Positions 40,147-53,900 of a stretch of 64,000 nt of DNA are shown here, piece by piece. A model generated the notes under the pieces. It ran no database searches, had not been told where the DNA came from, and saw nothing but the letters and a program-made list of their open reading frames with translations. Position numbers and translations under genes: made by a program. This DNA is from Nageia nagi. Lineage: Eukaryota; Plantae; Pinophyta. Each line of letters starts with the position of its first letter. Position 1 is the first letter of the stretch. The stretch is from the NCBI GenBank assembly GCA_050084985.1, contig JBITNC010000001.1:210986001-211050000 (forward strand), given 5' to 3'.

Positions 40147-41150
40147 AGGGTATCGGTTGGTATTAAATGTTACATCTATTGTAATAATGTTGTTATATGA
40201 TAATGTCACCATCTTCCCCAAATCGATGGAGTTTGAATGCCAAAAATAAAACTATGCATCCCTTCCCCATTTGGATGATAAATAAAATATTTATCCTTCT
40301 CCTCTTCGTACCATAAATGAACACTTTGTCTATCATCGTCATATTTTTATACATCAATATTTTGAAATCTTTTACATATGTTGACGACATCTCTCTTCAT
40401 TATAAACTTATCTCTCATTGTTGGAAATTCACCAAACAACTGATTCAAGTATTGACCATCACAAATTTTGTCAATAGACACACCTATAACCAACAATGCT
40501 TCAATCATGGACACAATCTCACATGACAAACGTGGTGCAACCAAATGCCTCCCAAACTCTATTGATACGTCATGGACACTATGGAAAGGATGTCTATTCG
40601 AATCCACATGTGTAAAAGAATTATACACAATGAAAGCAACATTAGGATTTCATTCATAAACCTTTACCAAAAATGACATTGACATCCTCTCTTTTGGATA
40701 AAATATCTATTCCTTTTAGGAGGATGCAAGTCATTTCGATGATCTTTGTACCCATATGAGCACAAATAATTGCAAATTCACAATTTAGACTATTTACTAT
40801 TGGTATTACATTGTAGATAATTAAAAACTAAAATTTACACAATAAAACTAAAGTTTAAAATAAAAAAACACACTTACTTGGAATGTGTTCGTATTGCAGA
40901 TGGTTTTGGGGGATAATTAACAAAGTTTTCCTTGAAGACATTGTTCACTTCATGCTTACACCTAAAATTGCATTGGGCTTGAAGAAAATTTTTTTCACCT
41001 CTCTTGAAATCATCCACTCTACCAATAGGTATCACTGCCACCAAATCTATCTTACTACCTGTTGTGTAATGAATTTTGCTCCATGATAGGTCAACTTGAA
41101 AAAGTACCTTTTTTTAGGCATTTGTTGGATAGGTAGGCTGAATAATTTGA
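40147..41150 (-). pseudogene. Intron-containing MULE/SWIM-type transposase remnant resembling the Arabidopsis At1g60560/At4g13970 SWIM-finger family; cut by the A2 insertion
   Basis: Minus strand reads LVAVIPIGRVDDFKRGE..AQCNF, then a GTAAGT intron (40877 to about 40770, acceptor decayed), then YLCSYGYKDHR..MYNSFTHVDSNRHPFH..APRLSCEI..LLVIGVSIDKI..RDKFIMKRDVVNI..DRQSVHLW..SFIFGIQT..IITIDVTFNTNRYP. Motif order matches my recollection of that family. Confidence 0.7.
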
Positions 41151-41199
41151 GCCACTTCTTACCTTCCACCATCATAGCAAAATGCCACTATGAAAAAGA

Positions 41200-42480
41200 T
41201 GAACATATAATTACAAACATTTAGGGGTATTGACACTAAAGATCCAAATCAATATCTATTTGAATTCAAAATTTTATGCGAGGCCTACGATTTGAGGATG
41301 AGAATTTAGAGGGTTATCTTGATAGGTTAATCTTTATTAGAAGAAGATGTGGAACACAAGTAAATCTTGACTTCTTAAAGACTAACATTTTTAGAGGGCT
41401 ATTGGATTACTCAAGGGAATCTCTTAACTTAAAGGGAATAGGAGACGCCAATAAGTTGTACATAAATGAGATCATTGAACATTGTAGAAACTATTCCAAA
41501 ACATAGTCTACCATGAGAAGGAATAAGAAAAAAAAGATATCTCTAGCTCCATAACAAGCATTGTTAATAGGATCTACAAATACCAAACAACAAAATCAAT
41601 AACAACTACCCAAACAACCTTCATTACCAACCTAGAATGTAGCAAATGTGAATAATAATAAACATGTAGTTGATGTATATCATGTTGATAAGAAAGATAC
41701 TACTACCTTGAATATAATTCAAAACAATACAATCTATTTAAGATCAAGTAAAATATAGATATATCAATTTGAGATGGATCGACTTCAAAAATACACTTTA
41801 TATATCCTACTGCTCAACCTCCTCTTGAGTTTCAAGAACATTTTTGGGTGGAAGAACAAAACCTTGTATAATAGGGAATATTTACAACTTTAGCCACAAT
41901 TACAATCAAAGAACATGTTGAAGAGATGGAGGAAGATGTTGAGCTGGTTGGTATTGAGAAGGCACGGGGTGAGGCAAGTAAAATTGCATCATTTTTCTTC
42001 TTGTGTTATTTACAAAACTCAACCTCATTTTTGTAATTCCTTTTGAGAAGCATCTATTTACGGTATATGTGTCGAATATTGGACCTAGAAGGGACAATGT
42101 TCAAAATACTAGAAAGAGTGATGAAGAAAAACAAAGAGAATTTAATTTAGTTCTAGAACTGGATCAAGCAAAAAATAAAGGTTATAAATAAGGTTTTGAA
42201 GGACAAAAATAGCACATCTTTGATTCTCAAAGGGCTCTAGAGACGTTTAAGAAGATGTCATTATTAGTTGTAAAGCCAAACCCAAGTCAAACCCTTAAAC
42301 TTTTCAAACCTTCTTTTGGCAGCTATCATCATTGAAGAAAGTTTGAAATATAATCAAAGAATAGTTCAAAATGGTTTTACATTGAATGTCATTCATTCTA
42401 AGAGTAAGGACATTAATGAAAGATATAGGAATGAAGAAGAAACCCAATAGGATTACACCAATTTTTTTATGGTTTTATTG
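41200..42480 (+). mobile_element. Degenerate Ty3/gypsy gag-region fragment
   Basis: EDENLEGYLDRLIF...LKTNIFRGLLDYSRESLNLKGIGDANKL..NEIIEHCRNYSK resembles non-chromovirus gag. The remainder is heavily stop-interrupted and the boundaries are approximate. Confidence 0.5.
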
Positions 42481-42739
42481 TTCAAGTTAAAAGCAAATAA
42501 ACTTCATGGAAGGTACCAAAACTCACCTGTAAAGTTTTGAAATGAAACACCCAACTGTAGCATATAGAACCTCCTTTCCCTGTTCCAAATGAAATCACAA
42601 ATACCCCAATGCATATGGGAGTGCAGTTCCAAATCCTCGATTGGAAATCCTCACCTGCCAAATGGAAATTTTTTGAAACATAGACGTTCACAAACATGCA
42701 TTAAATGAATGATATCGAGATTCATGCCCATACATGCAT

Positions 42740-43219
42740 GTATAATTGCAAGGTGGTTTGGCATAATTGCAAGGCAGTTTGGTATAATCGACCTTGCGAT
42801 TATATCTAATAAAAATTAAAAAGTTGGGGTATAATCGCAAGGAGGTCGACAAAAATAAAAAAGTTGGGATATAATCACCAAGCGATTTTTATAATCGTAA
42901 GGCAGTTTGGTACAATTGCCTTACGATTATACCTAATAAAAATAAACAAGTTAGGGTATAATTGCAAGGCAATTTTGTATAATCGCCTTGCGATTATACT
43001 CGATAAAAGTAAAAAAGTTGTAGTATAATTGTAAGATGGTTTGGTATAATCGCCTTGTGATTATACATGAAAAAAATAAAAAAATTATGATATAATCACA
43101 AGGAAGTTTGGTATAATCAACTTGCGATTATACCCGATAAAAATAAAAAAGTTGTGGTATAATCGTAAGGCGGTTTGGTATAACCCCCTTGAGATTATAT
43201 TCGATAAAAATAAAAAGAA
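42740..43219. repeat. 67-bp tandem array (about 7 units) with an internal inverted repeat
   Basis: Consensus GTATAATCGCAAGGCGGTTTGGTATAATCGCCTTGCGATTATACCCGATAAAAATAAAAAAGTTG; units start at about 42956, 43023, 43090 and 43157. Confidence 0.92.
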
Positions 43220-43889
43220 TGTAAGGAGAATGCCAAGCAATTCTCCTTTATGGTCAGAAAAAGGGCATTTTCTAACTTTTAACATGTCTTGCATCTGACA
43301 CTTGTCATACATATGCACGTGGGTGGGACGGGGGGCGTTGTGAAGGCAGGATATGCAACACCACGTCTAGCATGCACGTTGAGTTATGGGATGATGTGTG
43401 CAGATTTGACCCCCCTTTGAAGCTATCTCGGGTAGCACATAATTTAATTAAGTTAAATAAGTTCACTTTCTTATTAGTGGATTTAAGAAAATTAGATGTT
43501 TTTAAATATAGTGGATGGATTTTTTTTATTCAATTTGATTATGTGTTTTTATATAAATGGAAAAATAATTTAGTTTAGAATAGAAAATTATAATTAAAGT
43601 GGAGTTGGTTTATTTTTAAGAGTAAGTTATTTAAAAAAAAAATCATGTGATATATTTGTTTTTGAAAAATTTAATTTTATGAAAAAATAAAATAGGTTTA
43701 TTTTATTTTAGAAGAAATTAAATTTAGAAGTGCTATTAACGATGTTGTGGTTAATATATTTAATGGAAATTAAATAAATCATTAAAAATAATATGATGGG
43801 TTTTAAGTGTATTTTATTATTTTGTTTTAAATGTTAAAGTATTAGAAGAAGAAATAAATTATGTAAGATCTTTACTTTACCCTTTTTGG

Positions 43890-46800
43890 TGTTGCGTGCA
43901 TCTCATCATTTGTAGGAAATATCTTGATTAGATACATTTTAGTACATGTGAAAAATGAATGCCTTATACTAATCCAAAAAGGTCTGAAATTTGAGATGTG
44001 TCTTCTACACATATACACATTTCCAATGGTTCTAAGAACGTGTAAACAAAATCTATAAATCAAAAGTTATGAGCTTTGCAAGTTGACTATTTTTGGAGGA
44101 CTACAGTTACATTTTCACAGGGAGGTAATTGGAGAGGATTATATGGGTGGTTTAACCCATAATTTTATGTGGGTATGGGTGGTTGTAACATATGGTATTG
44201 AACCAATGGTATTCTAATACCACATTATGGTTGAGGGTAACAAGAGTTTCCTATATATTGATTATAATGTGCTATTTTTGGTACGGTGAGAAAGTGTGAG
44301 TGAACAATAATATAGGAGAAAAAAACTTTTGTTTGCTGGAGTAGCCCACATTGGGTGAACCAAGGTAAATCTCTTGTGTTCATTTATGGTTGATTGTTAT
44401 GATTTACTTCAATTCTACATTACAATTCTGGAATAGATTTGGATAAGACTCTTCATTTGGTATTAGAGCTGAAGTTGTTATTGCTAGGACTTAGTTTATT
44501 TGAAGAGGATCTAGGCTTTCTAAGTATTTTGAAAAACCTATTTTGGAGTGGGAGCTTTGTGCATAAGGATCTTGAAGCAAAATGTAGACAAATAAATCAA
44601 GAATAGAGGTTGAGAAATTTGACAAAAAAAGTTTTTAGTTATGGAATTAAAGATGGAAGATATACTCATGGATAGAGATTTGTGGTCTGTTATCTCTAAA
44701 AGGAAACCTATGACTACTTTTGATGAAGATTGGGAGAAGTTGAACCAAAATCAAGGAGTCTCATTTGGATGTGTCTTGCTAATTATATGGTAATCAATAT
44801 TTCTAGAGAAAAAGATAACAAAGGATCTTTGGGAGAAGTTGGGTGCTTTGTATCAAAGTAAGTCCTTGGTGAATAAACTCTTCCTTCGAAAGAAATTGTA
44901 TAATCTTCAAATGAATAAAGGAGATTCAACATTAGATCATTTTAATGCATTCAACATGGTGGTGAGCCAAATTTAATCCCTTGAAGTCAATATGGAAGAA
45001 GAAGTTAAATGCATTATCTACTATGCTCTCTACCAGATTTGCGGGATAATTTGATTGTGGCAATTGGTAGTTCATCTTCATTTGTTCTATTCAATGAAGA
45101 TGTGGTGGTTGCTCTTTTGTTAGAGGATATGAGGAGGAAAGCCATAAATGGAATATCAAAGGATGCTCTAACAGTAAGAGAACATGGTAAGGAGATAGAG
45201 ATATTGAGATCTGGTAATAAATCTAATTCTAGAGGTAGATTTAAGTCTCAAGGGTGATCAAGAATTAGATCTTGGCGATGTGGAAAGTTTGGCCATATGA
45301 AGAAAGATTGTAGATCAAAGAGTGTAGATCTTGGAAAGAGATATGATGAATCCATTTTTCCAGAATCCAAGATCTACTAATGAAGGGGGGATGTGTATTT
45401 GACATCTTTCTCCACAAGATTAGATCGTAATGATTGGTTGATTGACACTAGAACTTTTTTTCATATGACTTCTCATAGGGAATGGTTCAACATATGAAAA
45501 ATATGATGGAGGAGAGGCTCTCTTAGGAGATGATAAACTAATCAGAATGATTAGCTGTGAAAGGGTAAAAGTATTGATGCATGATGGTAGGGTGAGATCC
45601 CTCCCATGTGTAATGCACATTCATGGCATTGTTAGAAATTTAATTTCTGTAAGTAAGATGACTGATGCAGATGTAGATTTCAGTTGCAATAAGACTTCAT
45701 GCAATATGGTTTGTGGATATATAATGTTGACATGAAGGGCTAGGGCTAGAACCTTGTATAGGTTTTTGGGAAGCACTATAAATGATGAGTGTAACAACTC
45801 ATATATTTCATAGATTGAAGAAAATGAAACTTCATTTGATAAGTCAACACTTTGACATCAAATATTGAGGCATATTGGTGAAATAATTTGTAGATTGAAG
45901 GTATGATTGAAGGCATTCCTGATTGTTAAATGGGTTTTGATTTTTGTGAGCATTGCATTTATGGAAAGTAGAATCATGTGAGTTTCCCATTTGGTTCTAT
46001 AAGATCTAAAGGGGTGTTAGATTTGATCCACAATGATATTTTTGGTCATGTTCCTGTTCCATCCTTTGAAGAATCATGATATTATGTTTCTTTCATTGAT
46101 GACTTTTCAAGATATGCATGGATCTACTTTCTTAAAAGAAAAGTTGAAGTGTTTGATAAATTTCAAGAATTTAAAGCACTTGTTGAGAACTAGAATGATA
46201 GGAAAATTAAGGTATCAATGTATGATAATGGAGGTGAGTACTATTCCAATAAGTTTGAGGAATTCTATAATAAATGTGGCATTGCAAGGTAGAATACTAC
46301 TCCATATACACCTCAATAGAATGGATTTGCAGAGAGATTGAATATATCTTTGATGGAAAATGCAAGATGTATTCTCAATGGTGTTGGCTTGGCACAATAA
46401 TTTTGGGCAGAGGTAGTAGATACAACTAGGTATCTATTAAATTGAACACCTACATCAATATCATCTGTTCAAACTCCATTTGAAGCATGGTTTAGTAAGA
46501 AACCTTCTCTATCACATATTAGAGTTTTTGGTTGTGTTGCATTCATGCATATTCCAAAGGAGAAAAGAAGTAAACTTGACAATAAGGTTGTTAAGTGTAT
46601 CTTTATTGGTTATAAAGATGGAATAAAAGGATCTAAACTTTGGAATTCAGAAACTAAAAGTACTACTTACAAGAGAGATGTGGTGTTTAGAGAAATGAAA
46701 AGTGATCTCAAGAAGGAAGTAACACATGAAGAACTTAAAAAGATAAAATTTGAGTTCATGGGAGATGAGTCCTTCTCAACAGAACATCAATGCTGCAACC

Positions 46801-49245
46801 ACCTAATTTTTATTCTTCTTTTGCTTTATATGAAGAAGAAGAAGAAGAAGGAGGAGGAGGAGGAGGAGGAGTAGAAGAAGGAGAAGGAGAAGAAGAAGAA
46901 GAAGAAGAAGAAGAGGAGGAGGAGGTAACTACACTAATGCTACAAAAATCAACATGAGAAAGAAGGCAATTGAGAGTTATAGGCCATCTAATTTGTATTC
47001 TTCTTTTGATTTATGTGTTATTGATGAAGATTGTAGAACAATTATAGAAGCTATTAATTCTGAAGAGACAAATCTTTGGGAAGATGCCATGAATGAGGAA
47101 ATGATGGCCCTGGAAAAGAGCAAGACATGGGATCTGGTAGAGTTAACTGCTAAAAGGAAGGCAATTGGTTGCAAATGGATCTTCAAGATGAAGAAAAATG
47201 TTGAAGGAAAAGTGGAGAAATATAAATTTGGCCTTGTTACAAAAGGTTATTCTTAGTTAGAGGGCATTAATTATGGTGAAGTATTTTCTCCTATTGCAAA
47301 GTTAACCTCTATTAAATTTCTTTTATCTATGGCTACTACATTTGATCTAGAAGTTGAGTAAATGGATGTAAAAAATTCATTCCTTCATGGTGATTTGGAG
47401 GAGGAAATTTATATGAGATAGCCTGCAGGATTCATTATAGAAGGAAAGGAGGACCTGGTATGTAAGTTGAAGAAATATTTGTATAGATTGAAATTGTCAC
47501 ATAGAATGTGGTATTAAAAATTTGATTTTATATTTTAGGAGGATTTGATTTTGTTCATAGTAATGCTGATAATTGTGTATACATAAAGAACATTAGTGAT
47601 GAGATATTGATGATATATTGCTGGAAATAGTAAGAAAATGATAATTGCATGTTGATGATATGTTGCTAATTGCAAATAGTAAGAAAATGATCAATGTTGT
47701 GAAGTCTTTGTTAGCACAATAATTTGATATGAAAGATCTTGATCTTGCAAATTTCATTTTGTGCATGTAGATAAGTAGAGATTGTTGAAATTGAATGTTG
47801 TGGCTGAATTAGAAAAAGTATGGAGACTATTTTGAAGAGATTTAATATGCAAGATTGCAAACTTGTGAGAACTTCTATTCCTTTGGGTGCAAAGTTTTTT
47901 GACAAATAATATCCACATACATAAGAAGAGGTTGAAGAAATGTCTCATGTTCCTCACACAAATGCTATAGAAAGTTTAATGTATGTCATGGTATGTGCTA
48001 GAGCAGATATTACCAGTGAAATAGGAGTTTTAAACAGATATATGTCTAAACCTAGTAAAGAGCATTATACTACTGTAAAAAGAGTTTTCAGATATTTGCA
48101 TGGTATATCCAATTTTTCAATATCTTATCAAGAAGTAGGAAAAATAAAATATTTAGGTATAGAAGGTTTTATTGATGTAGATTGGGCTGGAGATATTGAC
48201 AAGAAAAAGATCTACTAATGGCTATCTATTCAATTTGTTTGGAGGAGCTAATAGTTGGATGAACAAAAGGTAAGATGTTGTTTCTCTTTCAACTATAGAA
48301 GCTAAGTACATGGCAACCACTCATGTAAGCAAGGAAGTAATATGGTTGCAAAGATTATGTGCTATTGTTGGTTTTGTACAAGTTGTTAAGGTGTATTATG
48401 ATAGCCAAAGTGCTATATTTTTGGCTAAGAACCCTACTTTTCATTTATGAACTAAGCATATTGATGTTCAATATCACTTCATTAGGGACATGATTAAATA
48501 GAAAAAGGTGTTGCTAGAAAAAGTAGATACAAAGGAAAACATTGCAAATACTTTGAACAAGTTTGTTAGCATAGAGAAATTTAAATGGCATACAAGAGAG
48601 ATGGGCTTGGATAGCCCTAGTGCTAAGAATTGATATTTTTGCATCCCTTCTATAAAGTATTCAACAAGTGGTAGATTGTTGGGTGTGTCTCATCCTTTGT
48701 AGGAAATATTATGATTAGTCACACTTTACTATAGGTGGAAAACGAAGGTCTTATACTAATCCATAAGGGCTGAAAATTGAGATGTATATTCTACACATCT
48801 AGAAATTTCCAATAGTTTCAAGAATGTGTAAAATGAAGCTGTAAATCAAAAGTCATGAGCTTTGCAAGTTTACTATTTTTGGAGGATTGCAGTTATATTT
48901 TTCATAGGGAGGTAATTTGAGAGGATTATATGGGTGATTTAACCTAAGTTTTATGTGGGTATGCATGGTTGTAACCCATGGTATTGAACCCATGATATTC
49001 TAATACCACATTGTGGTTTAGGGTAACAAGAGTTTAGAATATATTGATTGTAATGTGCCATTTGTGTTATGGTGAAAAAGTGTGATTGAACAATAATATA
49101 GGGGTAAAAAACTCTTGTTTGTTAGAGTAGCCCATACTGGGTGAAATAAGGTAAATCTCTTGTGTTCATTTATGGTTGTGTGATTGTTATGATTTACTTC
49201 AATTCTACATTATAATTATGGAACAAGTTTGGTTAGAACCCTTCA
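43890..49245 (+). mobile_element. Full-length degenerate Ty1/copia element (Tnt1/Tork-like)
   Basis: LTRs at 43890-44455 and 48677-49245 (TG..CA), TSD TTTGG on both sides, PBS TGGTATTAGAGC at 44458-44469, PPT before 48677. gag KSLVNKLFLRKKLYNL, integrase [21 protein letters not shown]3 KEKRSKLDNK..KCIFIGY, RT KAIGCKWIFK, RNase H DWAGDID. Confidence 0.93.
46832..46925. repeat. Compound (GAA/GAG)n microsatellite in the Copia integrase-RT linker
   Basis: Runs of gaa and gag triplets over about 94 bp. Confidence 0.95.
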
Positions 49246-50908
49246 TTTGGATTATGAAAATAGAAAGAAGTATTGTATGTTTATTTCTTTTCCTTTTGCA
49301 AGCATATAGTTTCATAATATGGAAAAAAAGTCATGTTGATCTAAATCCATTATTGGGCTACTGTTCTTGCAATTTAAAGATGATTGAATTCCATGGATAA
49401 ATGATGAAGAACCAAGGGATCTTGGATTGTATTTGTTTATGACCTTTAAAATATTGAAGAGATTATTGAATTTCATTTATGGATGATTGTATAAGTAATG
49501 AATTGATATCTTATTTACTGAGTTGTGAAAAGATGTTTCATAATTGTAAAATATTTTTTCCATTTATTAAAGTGAAGTTTACTAAATGGATTAATTTATT
49601 TAGATGCGATGATGGTTGTCATTATTTAATGCCATATTGATAAGATTGAGGTTTAATTAAAGATTATACATGCTTTATTTAATGCAATGAAATATGATGT
49701 TTAGGATTTAATTCGCTCGCCTATAAGCGTCAAGCTTGGGAAAATAGTTGAGGTCAAGAAGAGACACTAAAAAAATGAACCTAATAATAGAGATAAACTA
49801 ATATCTCTTTGGAAAATATGATTTATTTATAAATCATAGTGGGTTTTGCCTTTGAATTGTTAAACCTAAGTGGAGACTTAGCTATTTTTAAACTCTAAGT
49901 AAAAGACATGTTTATTCATTTAGGGTATGTGGATTGTCTTAGTGATTTAGGCTATAAGATTAATCGTGAAATCCTCATGTGGGTTTCAATGGACCTTGAA
50001 GTATTAAATTATTATGATATGATGATAATTAGAAATACGAGTTAGGTATATGATGCCATTGAGAAATTACTATGTTTGAGAAGAAGGTTGTTAGTGAATC
50101 AGGAAAACAAACCTTCAAGGAACATATAAAGCCAAGCCATGTGAAGTTATTTAATGATCTAGGTTAAATAACAAGAAATGGTACATAGTCAATGAAGAGT
50201 CTAGACTCATGTATGATTTAGGTTGAAACCAATACTAGTAACATTGTGAGAAATAGTTAACATGATTCTCAAGTAACTTCTAACTCATTTGGGATTGATT
50301 GCTTGTAAATTACTTGGTTTAAACTTTACAAAAAAAATATGCTTACCTTTAGAGTGTTGTGGGATGAGTGTTAAAGTACGATCTTATGTTTTCTCTTTTT
50401 GAAATAAGGTCCTTATAGTTGGTATTAGAGCCTATATTGTAAGTTTTACTTGTTTATGAAAAAGAAAAACTTTACCAAAATTATGACTTAGCTTATCTAG
50501 TGTTTAGGAAGATGGCACCTTGGAGATGTCCTTAGGTTGACCTTAGCAGTTCTAGAAAAGCTTGTAACATATGCGGTACATCAAACGTACAAGGAATAAC
50601 CTTGATGATGCCTATGTAGGATTGAATCCTAATTTAACAAATATTATTTGAAACTTGCAAGAAAAACAACTCAACAAGAAGTACTGATTCAAAAGAAAAT
50701 TGCAGAGTTAGAAATCTTGAGGAATAGAGACATTCAACCTCTAGTTGAACTAATGGTAAATATTGATATTAGTAAAGACTTCAAGAAAATAATTGCAACT
50801 GAGTTCATTAGGGAGGATGATGGAGATATAGCAGAGGTATGGTTGAGAGAAGTTTGTATCCGTTTTTACACTAGGAATTATATACCAACCAAAAGGTTAT
50901 GTAGGTAG

Positions 50909-53900
50909 TGTAGATGCCTAAAAATGATTTATTATTTATTTAATAAATCATATTTAGTGCATTAAATGATTAAAAGGCAACAATATATAAATCAAGATAA
51001 AATGCTATTATATTGCAATACCATGTGCTAGTGCTAATATAATATCATATACCATGGTTTATATTTTAAGTTATCTTGAATGTTGAAATGATTATTGTTA
51101 TTGCTATATGTTGGCCTCACTCCTTTGTATTTGCTTGCAGGTTATAAATATGGGAGGTGAAAGTTGACATCCCTATCAGATCTCTCTTATAGGTGGTAGT
51201 CAACTACAACAATGTCTCTGGAAGCCACCTATCTTTGAGAATTTGTTATACTTTGAGGTTTGAACTATCTCTCTTGCTCGCAACATAAAACTGCCATTCC
51301 TACACTGTTAATAGTGTACCATTTCTACACAACTTGTGACATGCGCTTTCTAGATCGAAAGTTCTAGATTTTGGAGAACAACTTGTGGAACCATTCTAGA
51401 GAATATCTATTGTGAGCTCATCTAAAGTCTGATCATGATCCTTTGAAGATTCATTGTTATATGCTTTTAAGGATTGTACACACATTTCACATCAGGTGCA
51501 TGCTTTTCATGTATATCTACTGCAATTTGATATAGTGCTTATTATATATTCAATTGTCTATTGTAGATCATTTATTTAAATATGTTTATTCATATTTTAC
51601 ACAATTTAGGGTCTACATTTTGGTGAAACCGACTGATTTCATAAACCCTAAAATTTTTCATTTTAGGAAATCACTTTTTCTAAGGAGTCTTGCATTAGAA
51701 ATCCTTTGTTTTATTTTCTTATTTGGTTGAGTTAATTTTCTTCAAATTTATAAAATTTTATTGCTTTGAAAAATAAAAAATTATTTTCTTGAAAAACGTC
51801 ACTGTAGAAAAATCCAATTATCGGAGGTCATTTTCTTCAATTTGGTTGGATCTAGCATTAGAAAAATTTGTCCAAACCATAAGTAAATATAATTGGAAAA
51901 AATTTCTAGTTTTTCTAGGTTTAGATTTGCATATTTTGAGTGATTTTGAAAATATTTTTGCAAAAAAACGTCACATTTGAAAATCATAAATTTTGAAAAT
52001 ATTTTGCAACTATTTGATGATTTGGTTTATTCTCCAAACATGCCAAATCCATAGGTCATCATAGTAGGCAACATTTTTAGATTAATTTTAGCTTTTTACA
52101 TGTATTTTTATCAAGATTGCTTGAGGTTTTCATATAAAAATATTTTTTGCATCTTCTTGCATTTTCTCATAAATATGGCATCCAAAAGTGGTTTGTTTGA
52201 ATATTTGACTGTGATAAATGATTTATTTGCACCTCCTCCTAAACAAGAAATGGCTAGCATAATAGAAAATCTTCTGATAAATTGAGTTTACCAAACTCAT
52301 GGTTGACTTCTGCAAATGATGATATGCAAAATGATATAGAAAATAGAGTGCATGATAATGATATTGATGATGATAATTATATGGCTAAATTTGATTGTAA
52401 TGCACATTTAAATATGGATGTTATGGATAATGTTGAACTATATGATATTGCATTTACAAAATTGACATATCAAGATCAATTTAAGAAAATTAAAGAGCAT
52501 ATGTTAGCCAATCCTTATTTGATTTTTGGCATTTATAATAATCTTGAATTGAAAGTAAAATATCATGCATTTCTAGGAAAAGAATTAGATAAATTGTTAA
52601 AAGATCCATATGCTAGGCAATCTTGTATACAAAATTTTGAGAAGGAAATTATACAAAAATAGAAAAATCAAACACCTTCTCATCCTAAACTACAATCTAA
52701 ACCTCAAATTCAACAAATAAAACTAAAACAATATTAGCCAAAAGTAACATCTCAGGAAATATTGAAAACAAATGATGCTCATATTGTAGAGAAACCTAAA
52801 AAAAATGCCCACAATTATTCCCCACCACCTGATGAAGAGGCCCCCAACTTTGAGATACTTAGTGGACATCAGCCAAGGTTTATTTTTAGAGATTTGATAA
52901 AAAAAAGTTTATTGATGCCAATGGAAAGATCAACCCAAAATGATAATATTACAATGGGAAATGAGGATACTTATTGCACTTATCACTAAAGAAAGGGTCA
53001 TGCTACAAATTCTTATCATGATTTGAAGGTTGTAATTTTAGACATGATTACATAGGGTAAATATCAACTCCCTCAACATGCTTTAGATTTAGGGATTGAA
53101 AACCAAATTATGAAATTTCAGTACAACTATGATGAGAAAGTACGCCATCAATGGCGTGCCATATAGTCTGAAGGCTACCAATGGTGTGAAAATAGTAATG
53201 ATAATGATTGTTCTTATTCTACACATCCAACTAATAAAGAAAACACAGACAAATTTTTAGTTCAGATAGATCCAGTTGAGATTTGGTTATAAGAATATAA
53301 AAAGCAAAAAGATTAGCTTTATGAAAAATATCAATTTAAGATTACACTCCTTAATGGTTGGTTTCAAAGGAAAATGTTCAACATAGGGTGTCCAAAAATA
53401 CAACTTGAAATTATTGATGTTATGGAGAAAGTAGCAACTCAAGGTATAGAAAATGTAGTGGATAATGTAAACAAAGAAGGTCAATTTCTCATAGCAAAAT
53501 ATTCTAAATTATATGATGGTGGTTCCACTAGCTTCTAGTGTATTATAATTTCTAATTTTGAATATCATATAGGATGCATTTCATATAGGTTGCATATCAT
53601 GAGTCAGTCCATTTCATGCATGTGATTATCATGGAAAATTTTATCAAATTTTTAATCATTCTATCTTTGCATCTTCATCTTTTCTATCATGTTCTTTTTG
53701 CTTCTTATTTTCTTTTTTTGCATCTTTTCATCCTCATAATTTCATAATGGCTTCTTATTTCATCAAATATTTTCTTTATCTCTCATTATGGTTTTCAAAT
53801 TCGCCATGCTAATTAAAAGCCTCATGTATAAGGTAGTATCATGTCTAGTCATGACATCATATTTTAGTTGCATTTCATAAAAATAAAAATAAAAATCAAT

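Noticed and set aside
42740-43219. CRISPR-like array (palindromic repeats at regular spacing)
   Set aside because: The inter-palindrome segments are themselves repeated, there are no unique spacers or cas genes, and the context is eukaryotic.
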